The translations under genes were made by a program, and so were the position numbers. A DNA stretch of 64,000 nt from an uncultured Gemmatimonadales bacterium (GTDB lineage Bacteria > Gemmatimonadota > Gemmatimonadetes > Gemmatimonadales > GWC2-71-9), in contig CAWHFW010000005.1 in the NCBI GenBank assembly GCA_963828735.1, positions 1,856,001 through 1,920,000 of the forward strand, given 5' to 3'. The notes beneath the pieces are model-generated. The model searched no databases. It saw nothing but the letters and a program-made list of their open reading frames with translations, and was not told where the DNA came from. How positions within the stretch are numbered: the stretch's first letter is position 1; each line of letters begins with the position of its first letter. Of the stretch, positions 50,428 through 58,779 are shown one piece after another.

Positions 50428-53097
50428 ATGGCCGCCGTCGGTCGGGTCGGTCGCCAGCTCCGCTCGCTTATCTGGCGGGACAGCGTCGCCGATGAGGTGG
50501 ATGCCGAGCTCGACTTCCACCTCGAGATGGTCACGCGCGAGCTGACTGAACGGGGTATGGCCCCCGAGGAGGCCCGCGCGGAGGCGCTGCGCCGCTTCGG
50601 CGATCTGGCAGCGGTCAGCGCCTCGTGCCGCAGGATCGGCCTCGATCGCGAACGCGCGGAGCGCCGCACCGAGTATCTCGCCGAGCTGCGTCAGGATGCG
50701 GGTCACGCCCTGCGGCAGCTCCGCCGCGCGCCCGGGTTCACGGCCGTCGCCCTGCTCACCCTCGTCCTCGCGATCGGCGTCAACACATCGATCTTCAGCG
50801 CGGTGAGCGCGGTGCTGTTACGCCCGCTGCCGTACCCCAACGCGGGCCGCCTCGCGGTCCTGTGGTCGTCATCGCCGTCGCTCGGCGACCAGCGCCGGGT
50901 TCTCGTCGCCTATCCCGACCTGGTCGAATGGCGGGCGCGCAACCGGACCTTCCAGGATCTGGGGTTCGCCCGGACACAGAGCGTCAACCTGACCGGCACC
51001 GAGCAGCCCGACCGCCTGGTCGGTTGCTTCGTCACCGCGAACACGCTGCGCCTGCTCGGCGCCCGCGCGGCGCTCGGCCGCCTGTTCACCGACGCCGAGA
51101 CCGCCGAGGGCACGAGCCAGCGAGTCGCGGTGCTCTCGCACGCCGCCTGGACCTCGCGCTACGGGGCGGATTCCGGCATCCTCGGGCGCACCATCGTGCT
51201 CAACGGGCTGCCGCACGTGATCGTCGGCGTCACCGCGGCGGACTACCAGGATCCGTTCGGGCCCCCCGAGGTGTGGCTTCCGGTCACCTCGCCGCCCAAC
51301 CAGAGCTGGCTCACGCGGCAGAATCCGTCCTTCTGGGCGATCGGGCTGCTCAAGCCGGGCGTCACGCCCGCGCAGGCGTCGGCCGACCTGGCCGGCATCG
51401 CGAAAGCGCTCGCGGCGGAATATCCGGCCAGCAACGCCGGTGTGGACGCGTCCCTGGTGATGCTCCGCGATTACCTCGTGGGCGATGTTCGTGCCGGCCT
51501 GCTGATCCTGCTCGGCTTCGTGGCGTTGATCCTGCTGATCGCCTGTGCCAACATCGCCAACCTCCAGCTCGCGCGGGCGACGGCGCGGCGGCGGGAGATC
51601 TCGCTCCGGGCGGCGCTCGGGGCGGGCCGGCCGCGCCTGGTGCGCCAACTCCTCACCGAAAGCGTCGTGCTCGCGCTGATCGGCGGCGCCGCCGGCGTGC
51701 TCGTCGCGCACTGGGCGATCGCCGCGCTGGTGGCGGCCGTACCCGGCGGGCTCCCCGTCTTCGGCCCCGTCGGGCTCGACCGGCGGGTGCTGCTCTTCTC
51801 GGTCGCCATCACCGTCGCGGCCGGTCTGCTGTTCGGCGCGGTGCCCGCCCGCTACGCGACGCGAGCCGACCTGGCCGACGCGCTCCAGAACCGCTCCGGT
51901 GACGGCAGCGCCGGCGGGCGCGGCGACGTGCGCAACACGTTCGTCGCGATTCAGCTGGCGCTCTGCATCGTGCTGCTGGTGGGCGCGGCCCTGCTCACGA
52001 GGAGCTTCGCGCGATTGCAACAGGAGAAGATGGGATTCGAGCCCGAGCACCTGATCACCGCCGAATTCCGGCTCCCGGCCACCAAGTACACCAACGACAC
52101 CGTGATCGCTCAGTTCGCCGACCAGGCCCTCGAGCGGATCCGGGCCGTGCCCGGCGTGCGGTCGGCGGCGCTCGTCGGCTCGGTGCCGCTGAGCGGCAAC
52201 TGGGGCACGACGAACTACCTGCCCGACGGACGCACTCCGCCGGCGGACGGCGCGCTGCCGACCACGCAGATCAACGCCGTGACCGACGGCTACTTCGGCA
52301 CGATGCGCATCGCGTTGCTCGAGGGCCGCGACTTCTCGCCGGCCGACCGTATGGGCGCCGAGCCGGTGGCCATCGTAAATCGGGAGCTGGCCCAGCGGGC
52401 CTGGCCGGGCGAGTCGGCGATCGGCAAGCGGATGAAGATCGTCGGGCCGCCCGATGTCGTGGCGACGGTGGTCGGCGTCGTGGGTACCATCAAGCAGTTC
52501 ACCATGACCGAGCCCGCGGAGGCCCAGCTCTACGTCGCGAAGGCGCAGAACCCCGGGATCTTCTCGAGCGTGGCGGCCCGGACGGTAGGCGATCCCGACG
52601 CACTCGGCGACGAGGTGCGTGCCGCGATCTGGTCGGTGGACCGCGACCAGCCGGTCTGGAAGATCCGCTCCATGCATTCCCTGGTCGAACGCGACATGGC
52701 GCCGCACCGATTCACCGCCATTCTGACCGGCGCGTTTTCGCTGCTCGCGCTCCTGCTCGCGCTGATCGGCGTGTACGGCGTGATGTCGTATGCGGTGGCG
52801 CAGCGGACGCGGGAGATCGGGATCCGCATCGCGCTCGGCGCGGCGCGAGGTGAGGTCGTGCGCATGGTGCTGTGGCGCGGGCTTCGCATCGTCGGGATCG
52901 CGACCGCCCTCGGCCTGTGCGCGGCGTACGGTGCGGCGCGGCTGATCGAGCGGCAGCTCTTCAACGTATCGCCCACGGATGTGGTGACGTTCGTGGGCGC
53001 GCCGGCGGTGCTCGCGGTGGTGGCGGCGCTCGCGTGCTGGGTGCCCGCGAGGCGAGCCGCACGCGTGGATCCGGCCGTCGCGCTCCAGAGCGAGTAG
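50428..53097 (+). CDS. ADOP-type duplicated ABC permease (MacB/FtsX domains)
   Basis: Motifs E.DAELDFHLE, LRRAPGFT, LLIACAN.ANL and QRTREIGIRIALGA. Confidence 0.93.
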   Translation: MAAVGRVGRQLRSLIWRDSVADEVDAELDFHLEMVTRELTERGMAPEEARAEALRRFGDLAAVSASCRRIGLDRERAERRTEYLAELRQDAGHALRQLRRAPGFTAVALLTLVLAIGVNTSIFSAVSAVLLRPLPYPNAGRLAVLWSSSPSLGDQRRVLVAYPDLVEWRARNRTFQDLGFARTQSVNLTGTEQPDRLVGCFVTANTLRLLGARAALGRLFTDAETAEGTSQRVAVLSHAAWTSRYGADSGILGRTIVLNGLPHVIVGVTAADYQDPFGPPEVWLPVTSPPNQSWLTRQNPSFWAIGLLKPGVTPAQASADLAGIAKALAAEYPASNAGVDASLVMLRDYLVGDVRAGLLILLGFVALILLIACANIANLQLARATARRREISLRAALGAGRPRLVRQLLTESVVLALIGGAAGVLVAHWAIAALVAAVPGGLPVFGPVGLDRRVLLFSVAITVAAGLLFGAVPARYATRADLADALQNRSGDGSAGGRGDVRNTFVAIQLALCIVLLVGAALLTRSFARLQQEKMGFEPEHLITAEFRLPATKYTNDTVIAQFADQALERIRAVPGVRSAALVGSVPLSGNWGTTNYLPDGRTPPADGALPTTQINAVTDGYFGTMRIALLEGRDFSPADRMGAEPVAIVNRELAQRAWPGESAIGKRMKIVGPPDVVATVVGVVGTIKQFTMTEPAEAQLYVAKAQNPGIFSSVAARTVGDPDALGDEVRAAIWSVDRDQPVWKIRSMHSLVERDMAPHRFTAILTGAFSLLALLLALIGVYGVMSYAVAQRTREIGIRIALGAARGEVVRMVLWRGLRIVGIATALGLCAAYGAARLIERQLFNVSPTDVVTFVGAPAVLAVVAALACWVPARRAARVDPAVALQSE

Positions 53098-53103
53098 TGC
53101 CCT

Positions 53104-54201
53104 CTACCGCACCACGAACAACCCCACCTTCCCCCCGAACCCATCGTCCACCGCCGCGGTCCCCTCCGGTACCGTCCACTCCCCGCCATCGAACCGCACG
53201 TTGAGGTGATGGACCCCGGGGCTCAAGGCCACCGGCATCGTCCACCGTCCCGGCCCGTCGGGCGCGAGCGGCCGGGGCTCCCAGTCGGTGAAGTCCCCCA
53301 TCACCTCCGCGTTGCTCACCGGCGGACCGACGATCGCGATCCGACTCTGCGTGGCGACCACGAGGCGCGGCGTTCCTGCGGTAGCCGCGACGGCGGGCTC
53401 GGGCGACCGATGCCGTCCACGCCGCGGCGGGGCGCCGAGGGCCACCCGTATACCGAGCGTGCCGTAGCGCGCCCCGGGCACGGCGAGCCCGAACTGGGGC
53501 AGCGAGTGGCCCGCGGCGCCGACCAGTCCCAGGCTCGGCGCGAGCCACCAGACGGCGCTGGCTTCCCAGGCCGTGCGCCGGATGCCGGTGCCCCCCATCC
53601 GCCGCACCAGGCTGAACCCGACCTCGTAGCTGCCGAGTCCGAGCGTCGCGCGGGTACCCAGGTCCGTGTATTCGGCGATCCGGCGTCCCGGTACGCTGTC
53701 CACTCCGCTCAGGGTGTCGCCCGCCTGTCCCAGGTCATTCCCGCCGAGCGGGTGTGAGCCGAAGCTGGTGTGACTCATCCATACGTGGACGCCCGCGGGT
53801 CCGATCACCTGGCGCAGGCCGCCCTCGATCCGCGCGAGCGCGGATGTCACCCCAACGCCGGCCCTGCCGAAGGCCGCGCCGAGCCACACGCCGGTCCGCT
53901 CGCCGCGCGTGTGCAGCCGGCCGCCCACGTCCCAGCGCACCGCCGTCCGCTCGGCGGGGTCGCTGCTCAGCCCGACGTTGCCGAGCAGCTCGGGCTCGAG
54001 ACCCAACAGCGTCCCGGCCCGGTAGCTCGCGCCCAACGCGCCCTGGGTGAGGGCGCCGTCGGTATCGAGCTGATCCCACGCCGCTTGGCCGGTGCCGAGA
54101 TCCACCGTGCCCCCGAATTGAAGCGCGGCGAGCGCCGTGGCGCGCACCAGACAGAGCGCGGCCGCGGCGGCGGTCCGAAGGATCCGGCCTCGTGCGCTCA
54201 C
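53104..54201 (-). CDS. Exported, probably beta-barrel protein with C-terminal CBM48/AMPK-type glycogen-binding domain
   Basis: Signal peptide and amphipathic beta strands; VMGDFTDW..GRW..LSPG..DGGEW..DDGFGG. Confidence 0.75.
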   Translation of the reverse strand: MSARGRILRTAAAAALCLVRATALAALQFGGTVDLGTGQAAWDQLDTDGALTQGALGASYRAGTLLGLEPELLGNVGLSSDPAERTAVRWDVGGRLHTRGERTGVWLGAAFGRAGVGVTSALARIEGGLRQVIGPAGVHVWMSHTSFGSHPLGGNDLGQAGDTLSGVDSVPGRRIAEYTDLGTRATLGLGSYEVGFSLVRRMGGTGIRRTAWEASAVWWLAPSLGLVGAAGHSLPQFGLAVPGARYGTLGIRVALGAPPRRGRHRSPEPAVAATAGTPRLVVATQSRIAIVGPPVSNAEVMGDFTDWEPRPLAPDGPGRWTMPVALSPGVHHLNVRFDGGEWTVPEGTAAVDDGFGGKVGLFVVR

Positions 54202-54737
54202 GGTGAGGTCACCGCTGGCCGGAGCCGGTCGCGGAGGTCGAGAAACTCCTGCTCATCGCCGCCGCGCGCGGCCAGGTCCGCAACCGAATGCCAGGCCGCG
54301 TCCACCGTCATCCCGCCGGCCACGAGATCGGTGAAGACCGCGAGCGGAACGGCGACCCGGCCATGCGGACCCACCCGCCGCATCTCGGAGACCATGACCG
54401 GCGTCGCCCCCGCGCGGAGGGCCGCGGCCGCGGCGACGATGTCGTCCGCGGCCGTGGTGCGGCCCAGCGCTTCCCTCGCGCGCCGAAGGTCGCCGAGCAT
54501 GCCCTCGACGGCCATCACGATCCGCGGCCCCGGCGCCCCCTTGCTCGAGCCCTCGAGCGCCTTCTGGACGAGCGGCTCGGTGGGTAGTCCTTCGCCGCGG
54601 GCCGAGCTCACGACGGCTTCGACCTGGACCCGGGTCGCCGAATCGAGTCGCGCGGCGAGACGCGGATCCTGAGCCGCGGCGCTCGCCGGGAGCCGGAGCA
54701 GGGTCAGGCACAGCAGGAGCGTCGTCATGCGCAGCAT
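54198..54737 (-). CDS. Exported helical hypothetical protein
   Basis: Signal peptide ending AAA-Q; GLP.EPL..KALEG..KG; GTGA overlap with the next gene. Confidence 0.7.
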   Translation of the reverse strand: MLRMTTLLLCLTLLRLPASAAAQDPRLAARLDSATRVQVEAVVSSARGEGLPTEPLVQKALEGSSKGAPGPRIVMAVEGMLGDLRRAREALGRTTAADDIVAAAAALRAGATPVMVSEMRRVGPHGRVAVPLAVFTDLVAGGMTVDAAWHSVADLAARGGDEQEFLDLRDRLRPAVTSP

Positions 54738-54741
54738 GTGG

Positions 54742-55269
54742 TCATCGTTGGGCGACGGTGATCACGGAGGTCGGCGTGCCGAAGTCGTCTTCCAGCGCGC
54801 GCGGAGCGGCGGGGTCCCGGCGCCAGCGGGTTCCGTCCACGATGAACGTATAGCGGTACCGGCCGGGCCGAAGCGGGACGGTCACGGTCCAGACCCCGCC
54901 GGCAGCTGGATGGAGCGGCGTCGCGCGCGGGTCCCAGTCATTGAAGTCGCCCACGAGGGTGACGGCGGAGTCCGCGGCGGCGCGGAGCACGAACTCGACC
55001 GTCCGCGTTCCACGATCGGCGCGGATCGGCTCCGCCGTGCGCCGTCCGACGAGCACGCCAAGCGCGAAGACCGCCGCGATCCCCGCCGCCAGCGCGGCGG
55101 TGACCAGCGAGCGGAACCTCGGCGCGGGCACCGCGCCGCCGCCGGCGCGGAGGCGCTCGAGCACGGTGCGCTCGACGCGATCGGAGAGCTCGACGGGGGC
55201 CCGGAGCCGCGCAGCGATGCGCTCGAGGAATGCGTGCTGCTCGGGGTCGGGCCCGTCGTCAGGTCGCAT
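54742..55269 (-). CDS. Putative anti-sigma factor: single TM plus CBM48/AMPK-type glycogen-binding domain
   Basis: Overlaps the sigma gene; TM; LVGDFNDW..GVW..LRPGRYRYTFIVDG.W..DP..DDFG. Confidence 0.8.
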   Translation of the reverse strand: MRPDDGPDPEQHAFLERIAARLRAPVELSDRVERTVLERLRAGGGAVPAPRFRSLVTAALAAGIAAVFALGVLVGRRTAEPIRADRGTRTVEFVLRAAADSAVTLVGDFNDWDPRATPLHPAAGGVWTVTVPLRPGRYRYTFIVDGTRWRRDPAAPRALEDDFGTPTSVITVAQR

Positions 55270-55825
55270 GGGAATCGCCCAGCAGGTCGCGCAGCCGCTC
55301 GCAGGCGCGCTTCACCCGCATCTTGAGCGCGGACTCGCCCGCGCCGGTCAGCTCGGCCATCTGTTCGTAGCTCATCTCCTCGACGTACTTGAGCAGAAAC
55401 GCTTCCCGCTGCTCGGGCACCAGGCGCGCGAGCCCGCGATGGATCTCCTCCTCGTGCATGCTCCGCTCGGCGGGGTGCGCGACACCGAGGGACTCGGCCG
55501 CCTCGATCGGCGCTCGTCGAGCCTCATGGCGTCCGCGCCGGCTCGCCAAGGTCCGGCACCGGTTGACCAGGATGCGGAACAGCCACGCCGCGAAGCGGTC
55601 GGGGTGCCGGCATCGTTCGAGCGACCGATAGGCCAGCGTAAAGGCATCCTGAAGCGCCTCCTCGGCGTCGCTCTCGTTGCCGAGCAGGTGGAAGGCGTAC
55701 CGGCCGAAGCGGAGCCGGTAGCGGGTCATCAGCAGGCCATACGCATCCAGGTCGCCCTGGCGCACGCGCAGGACGAGCTCGGCGTCCGAGGGACTCACCT
55801 CTAGGAGACTCGCCAGGCTGGCCAC
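55259..55825 (-). CDS. ECF RNA polymerase sigma factor
   Basis: Motifs DAEEALQDAF, FAAWLFRILVN and REAFLLK..EEMSYEQMA. Start is GTG 55825 or 55798. Confidence 0.92.
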   Translation of the reverse strand: MASLASLLEVSPSDAELVLRVRQGDLDAYGLLMTRYRLRFGRYAFHLLGNESDAEEALQDAFTLAYRSLERCRHPDRFAAWLFRILVNRCRTLASRRGRHEARRAPIEAAESLGVAHPAERSMHEEEIHRGLARLVPEQREAFLLKYVEEMSYEQMAELTGAGESALKMRVKRACERLRDLLGDSHAT

Positions 55826-55876
55826 GCGTCACATCGGACGGGCGGGAGCCGAGCCGCGGCCATCCGATGTGACGCG
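55825..55876. repeat. 14-bp perfect inverted repeat with 24-nt spacer
   Basis: CGCGTCACATCGGA ... TCCGATGTGACGCG. Confidence 0.8.
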
Positions 55877-55963
55877 GCGGCGGCTCTCGAGGTCTTTGGG
55901 GTACAGGTTCGTCAGGCCTGGGCGTCCTAGCACCGACCACCTTCCCGTAGGAGATTCTGCCTC

Positions 55964-56713
55964 ATGCGATTCATCGCGCTGCCGGCGCTGGGTGCCGCGC
56001 TCATGGTACTAGGTTGTGGGCCGGAGACGGTCGGGCCGCGGACCAGCGAGACCGCGCGGCTTCGTCTCGCCAGCGCGTCACCCGACGCGGGTGCGCTCGA
56101 CCTGCTGGTCAATGGAAGGACGGTGGCGCAGGCGGTCGGAAGCACAGCCGCCTCGGCGTCGGCGGTTGTGGACGCCGGGACGGCGACGGGGGAGATCCGG
56201 GCGACGGGGACGGTCTCCGCGCTCGCCTCGGTGCCGCTCGTGCTCGCGGCCGGGAAATCGTACACGGTGCTCGTGGCCGGTCCCCGCCAGGCGCTCACGG
56301 CGATGGTCTCCGTGGACACGGGCTCCACCACACCGGGGATCCCGGTCGAGCCGAACCCACCTCCGCCGGGCGAGCCCATCGACAGCGGCAATCCGCCGCC
56401 CGCGCCGAACATCGTCCGATTCCGGATCATGCACGCGGCGCCGGACGCGCCGCCCCTCGATCCGTACCTCTTGCCCGCCGGCATGCCCCTCGACACGCTG
56501 CCGACTCTGCAGCCGTTCACCTACGGCAGCCTCGCGCTGACGGCGGACCTCGTGCGCGGTCCGGGGCACTATGTGGTGAAGTTCACCGACGCCGGCACCA
56601 CCCACGTCGTGATCGAGTCGGGGGACATCGAAGCGAACGCGGACGAGCTGCTCACCGTGGTGTTGGGGGAGAACGCGGATCGTTCGCTGAGGGTGGATGT
56701 CGTGAGGGAGTGA
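55964..56713 (+). CDS. DUF4397 lipoprotein with Pro-rich linker
   Basis: Lipobox VLGC; two R..[SH]A[SA]PDA..LD units. Confidence 0.8.
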   Translation: MRFIALPALGAALMVLGCGPETVGPRTSETARLRLASASPDAGALDLLVNGRTVAQAVGSTAASASAVVDAGTATGEIRATGTVSALASVPLVLAAGKSYTVLVAGPRQALTAMVSVDTGSTTPGIPVEPNPPPPGEPIDSGNPPPAPNIVRFRIMHAAPDAPPLDPYLLPAGMPLDTLPTLQPFTYGSLALTADLVRGPGHYVVKFTDAGTTHVVIESGDIEANADELLTVVLGENADRSLRVDVVRE

Positions 56714-56732
56714 AGCGGGGTCGGATGATAGG

Positions 56733-56770
56733 ACGAACGGGCGTTCAGCCGATCCGGCGCCCGTTCGTTT
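56733..56770 (+). terminator. Terminator-like hairpin between convergent genes
   Basis: ACGAACGGGCG-N14-CGCCCGTTCGT followed by TT. Confidence 0.6.
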
Positions 56771-57556
56771 CTACGCTTCCCGCGCGAACCGGAGCGGCTT
56801 CTCAATCCCCTTCGAGAAGATCAGGAGGGAGTGCCCGTCCACGCGGTAGCGCTCCGCCGATTGCAACGCCTTGAGATACTTCGCCTCCTGATTCATCAGG
56901 GCCTCCGAGCACGCCATCATCGTCGAGACGAGCGGACCGAACGCGATCGTGGTGTCGGTGATCGTGACCGGCCCGTTGAACTGGTTGCAGGAGCCGCGGC
57001 CCGACACCCGTCCGGCCTCCCGAAATTCCAGCGTGGCACGGGCGTAGTCCATCACCCCTCCACCATTGATGTCCTCGAGGACCCATGTACCCGAAAGCGC
57101 CGAAGTCGCTCCGGGGCCACCCTGAGCGGTCGGTGGCGGCGGTGCCGCTGCGGCCGGCCCGGCGCTGGTCAGCACCAGGTCTACCGCCGTCGGGCGGTCG
57201 CGGGTGATCACGCGCACGACCGCCGTGGTCGTGAACGCGAGCTGTCCACCCATCGTGATCGTGGCCCGCACCGCGTAGTCGTGGCGCGGGTCGATCTTCT
57301 TGGGGTCGAACCGGACGAGGAACGGGAGTGGCACCTGGCGGCCATCCGGCTTGATGGTCGTGTCGGCCACGGCCGCGGCCGCAACGTCCTGCCGCGACAC
57401 ATCGAGGAGCTGCACCCGGACCTCCGCATCCGCAGGCAGCGCCACGCGCTCCCGGTATGTCACGTGTCCGGTCACGGCGGTGGGTGCCCTGGACGTGGTG
57501 GTGTTCCCGGCGCACCCGGTGAGGAGCGCGGCGGCCGCGAGCGCGAAATGTCTCAC
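56771..57556 (-). CDS. YbaY-like plus META (HslJ) domain lipoprotein
   Basis: Lipobox LTGC; VTYRERVALP and GRQVPLPF; GSCNQF and STMMAC. Confidence 0.9.
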   Translation of the reverse strand: MRHFALAAAALLTGCAGNTTTSRAPTAVTGHVTYRERVALPADAEVRVQLLDVSRQDVAAAAVADTTIKPDGRQVPLPFLVRFDPKKIDPRHDYAVRATITMGGQLAFTTTAVVRVITRDRPTAVDLVLTSAGPAAAAPPPPTAQGGPGATSALSGTWVLEDINGGGVMDYARATLEFREAGRVSGRGSCNQFNGPVTITDTTIAFGPLVSTMMACSEALMNQEAKYLKALQSAERYRVDGHSLLIFSKGIEKPLRFAREA

Positions 57557-57993
57557 GGCGCCGCTACCCTGACGAAGGTGATGCGGACCGGCTCGCCCGG
57601 ACTCGTGATGCGAATCTCGAGGCTGTCCGCGGTCGATCGGAGGATGGTGGCGGGATGCGGGAGCCCCTCCTCGACCAGCGTGAGCACGTCCGCCGCATAG
57701 CGCCAGCGCCCTACGGCGGGCGTACCATGAGGTGAGGTGATCAGCATCGAGCCGTCGGGGAGGAAGACGTAGTAGGTCCCTGGGTCGCCGGCCGAGCTCC
57801 TGGCCACTTTCCAGATCTTATCGGCGAATTCAGGGGCGCTGGCCGAGCGCGCGGGCGCCACGGGCGGAGCGGACCGCACGTCGGTGGCGGGCGGCTTGTC
57901 GGCGGTTGCGGCCGGAGGACCAGGGCGCGAGCATGCCGGCCCTAGGAGCGCGGCGGCCAGCGCCTGGCGGATACGCGAGTGAGAAGCGGTCAA
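57553..57993 (-). CDS. Hypothetical (lipo)protein
   Basis: TTG start with GGAGG RBS; possible lipobox GPAC; GTGA overlap with the next gene. Confidence 0.6.
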   Translation of the reverse strand: MTASHSRIRQALAAALLGPACSRPGPPAATADKPPATDVRSAPPVAPARSASAPEFADKIWKVARSSAGDPGTYYVFLPDGSMLITSPHGTPAVGRWRYAADVLTLVEEGLPHPATILRSTADSLEIRITSPGEPVRITFVRVAAP

Positions 57994-58170
57994 CGCACCC
58001 TCCAGCGGATGGACTCGAGTCGAATGGCGTCGGGTACTCTCGCCAGCCTCGGCGGACAAGTCACGGACGCTCCGTGCCCACCGTCCGAATCTGGCCACCG
58101 TGCCGCGCTGCCGCCAGCAGCACGGTCCCGCGGCCCGGAAGCGACCGTCCGCCGCGACTCGGCGTTCCTC

Positions 58171-58746
58171 CTACTCCGTTCGCTCGCGAATCGCGCGAAC
58201 GAACGCCTCGAGTGCCGTCCGGAGCATCCCCCGCAGATCAGGCGTGTCCGTGAGCCTCGCCACCGTCAACGGCCCATCGAGGATCGGAAGCGTCACGCCG
58301 GCCTCGCCGACGATGGTCGTGGACATTGTCCGGAGGATCTCGACCAGCGAGGCGTGCGCATGCGCCCCTCGCAGCGACGCGTTCCAGATGGCGATCGGCT
58401 TGTGCAGCATGGCGGGGTCGATCACCAGCCAGTCCAGCCCGTTCTTGAACGCGCCCGGGAGACCGTGCGCGTACTCGGGGACGCTGAGGATGAGGCCGTC
58501 CGCGTGCCCGACCGCGCTGCGCCATGCCGCCACCACGGCCGGCGGGTCGTCGCCATCGAGGTCGGGGTTGAAGTGTGGGAGGGTGACCAGATGCTCGGAG
58601 AGGTGGACCGAGACGTCGTCCGGTGCGAGGGCGATGGCCGCCTCGAGCAGCGTCCGGTTGGACGAAGCGGCGCGCAGGCTGCCCGACACGGCGACGAGCT
58701 CGATCGGTCGCGACACGGCCACGGCCGCCTCTGCGCGATCACTCAC
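58171..58746 (-). CDS. NADPH-dependent FMN reductase
   Basis: Motifs SGSLR..S.N and PEYAHGLPGAFKNGLDW. Confidence 0.92.
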   Translation of the reverse strand: MSDRAEAAVAVSRPIELVAVSGSLRAASSNRTLLEAAIALAPDDVSVHLSEHLVTLPHFNPDLDGDDPPAVVAAWRSAVGHADGLILSVPEYAHGLPGAFKNGLDWLVIDPAMLHKPIAIWNASLRGAHAHASLVEILRTMSTTIVGEAGVTLPILDGPLTVARLTDTPDLRGMLRTALEAFVRAIRERTE

Positions 58747-58779
58747 GGTGACGAATCTCGCGCGACTCCGGAGCGACCT

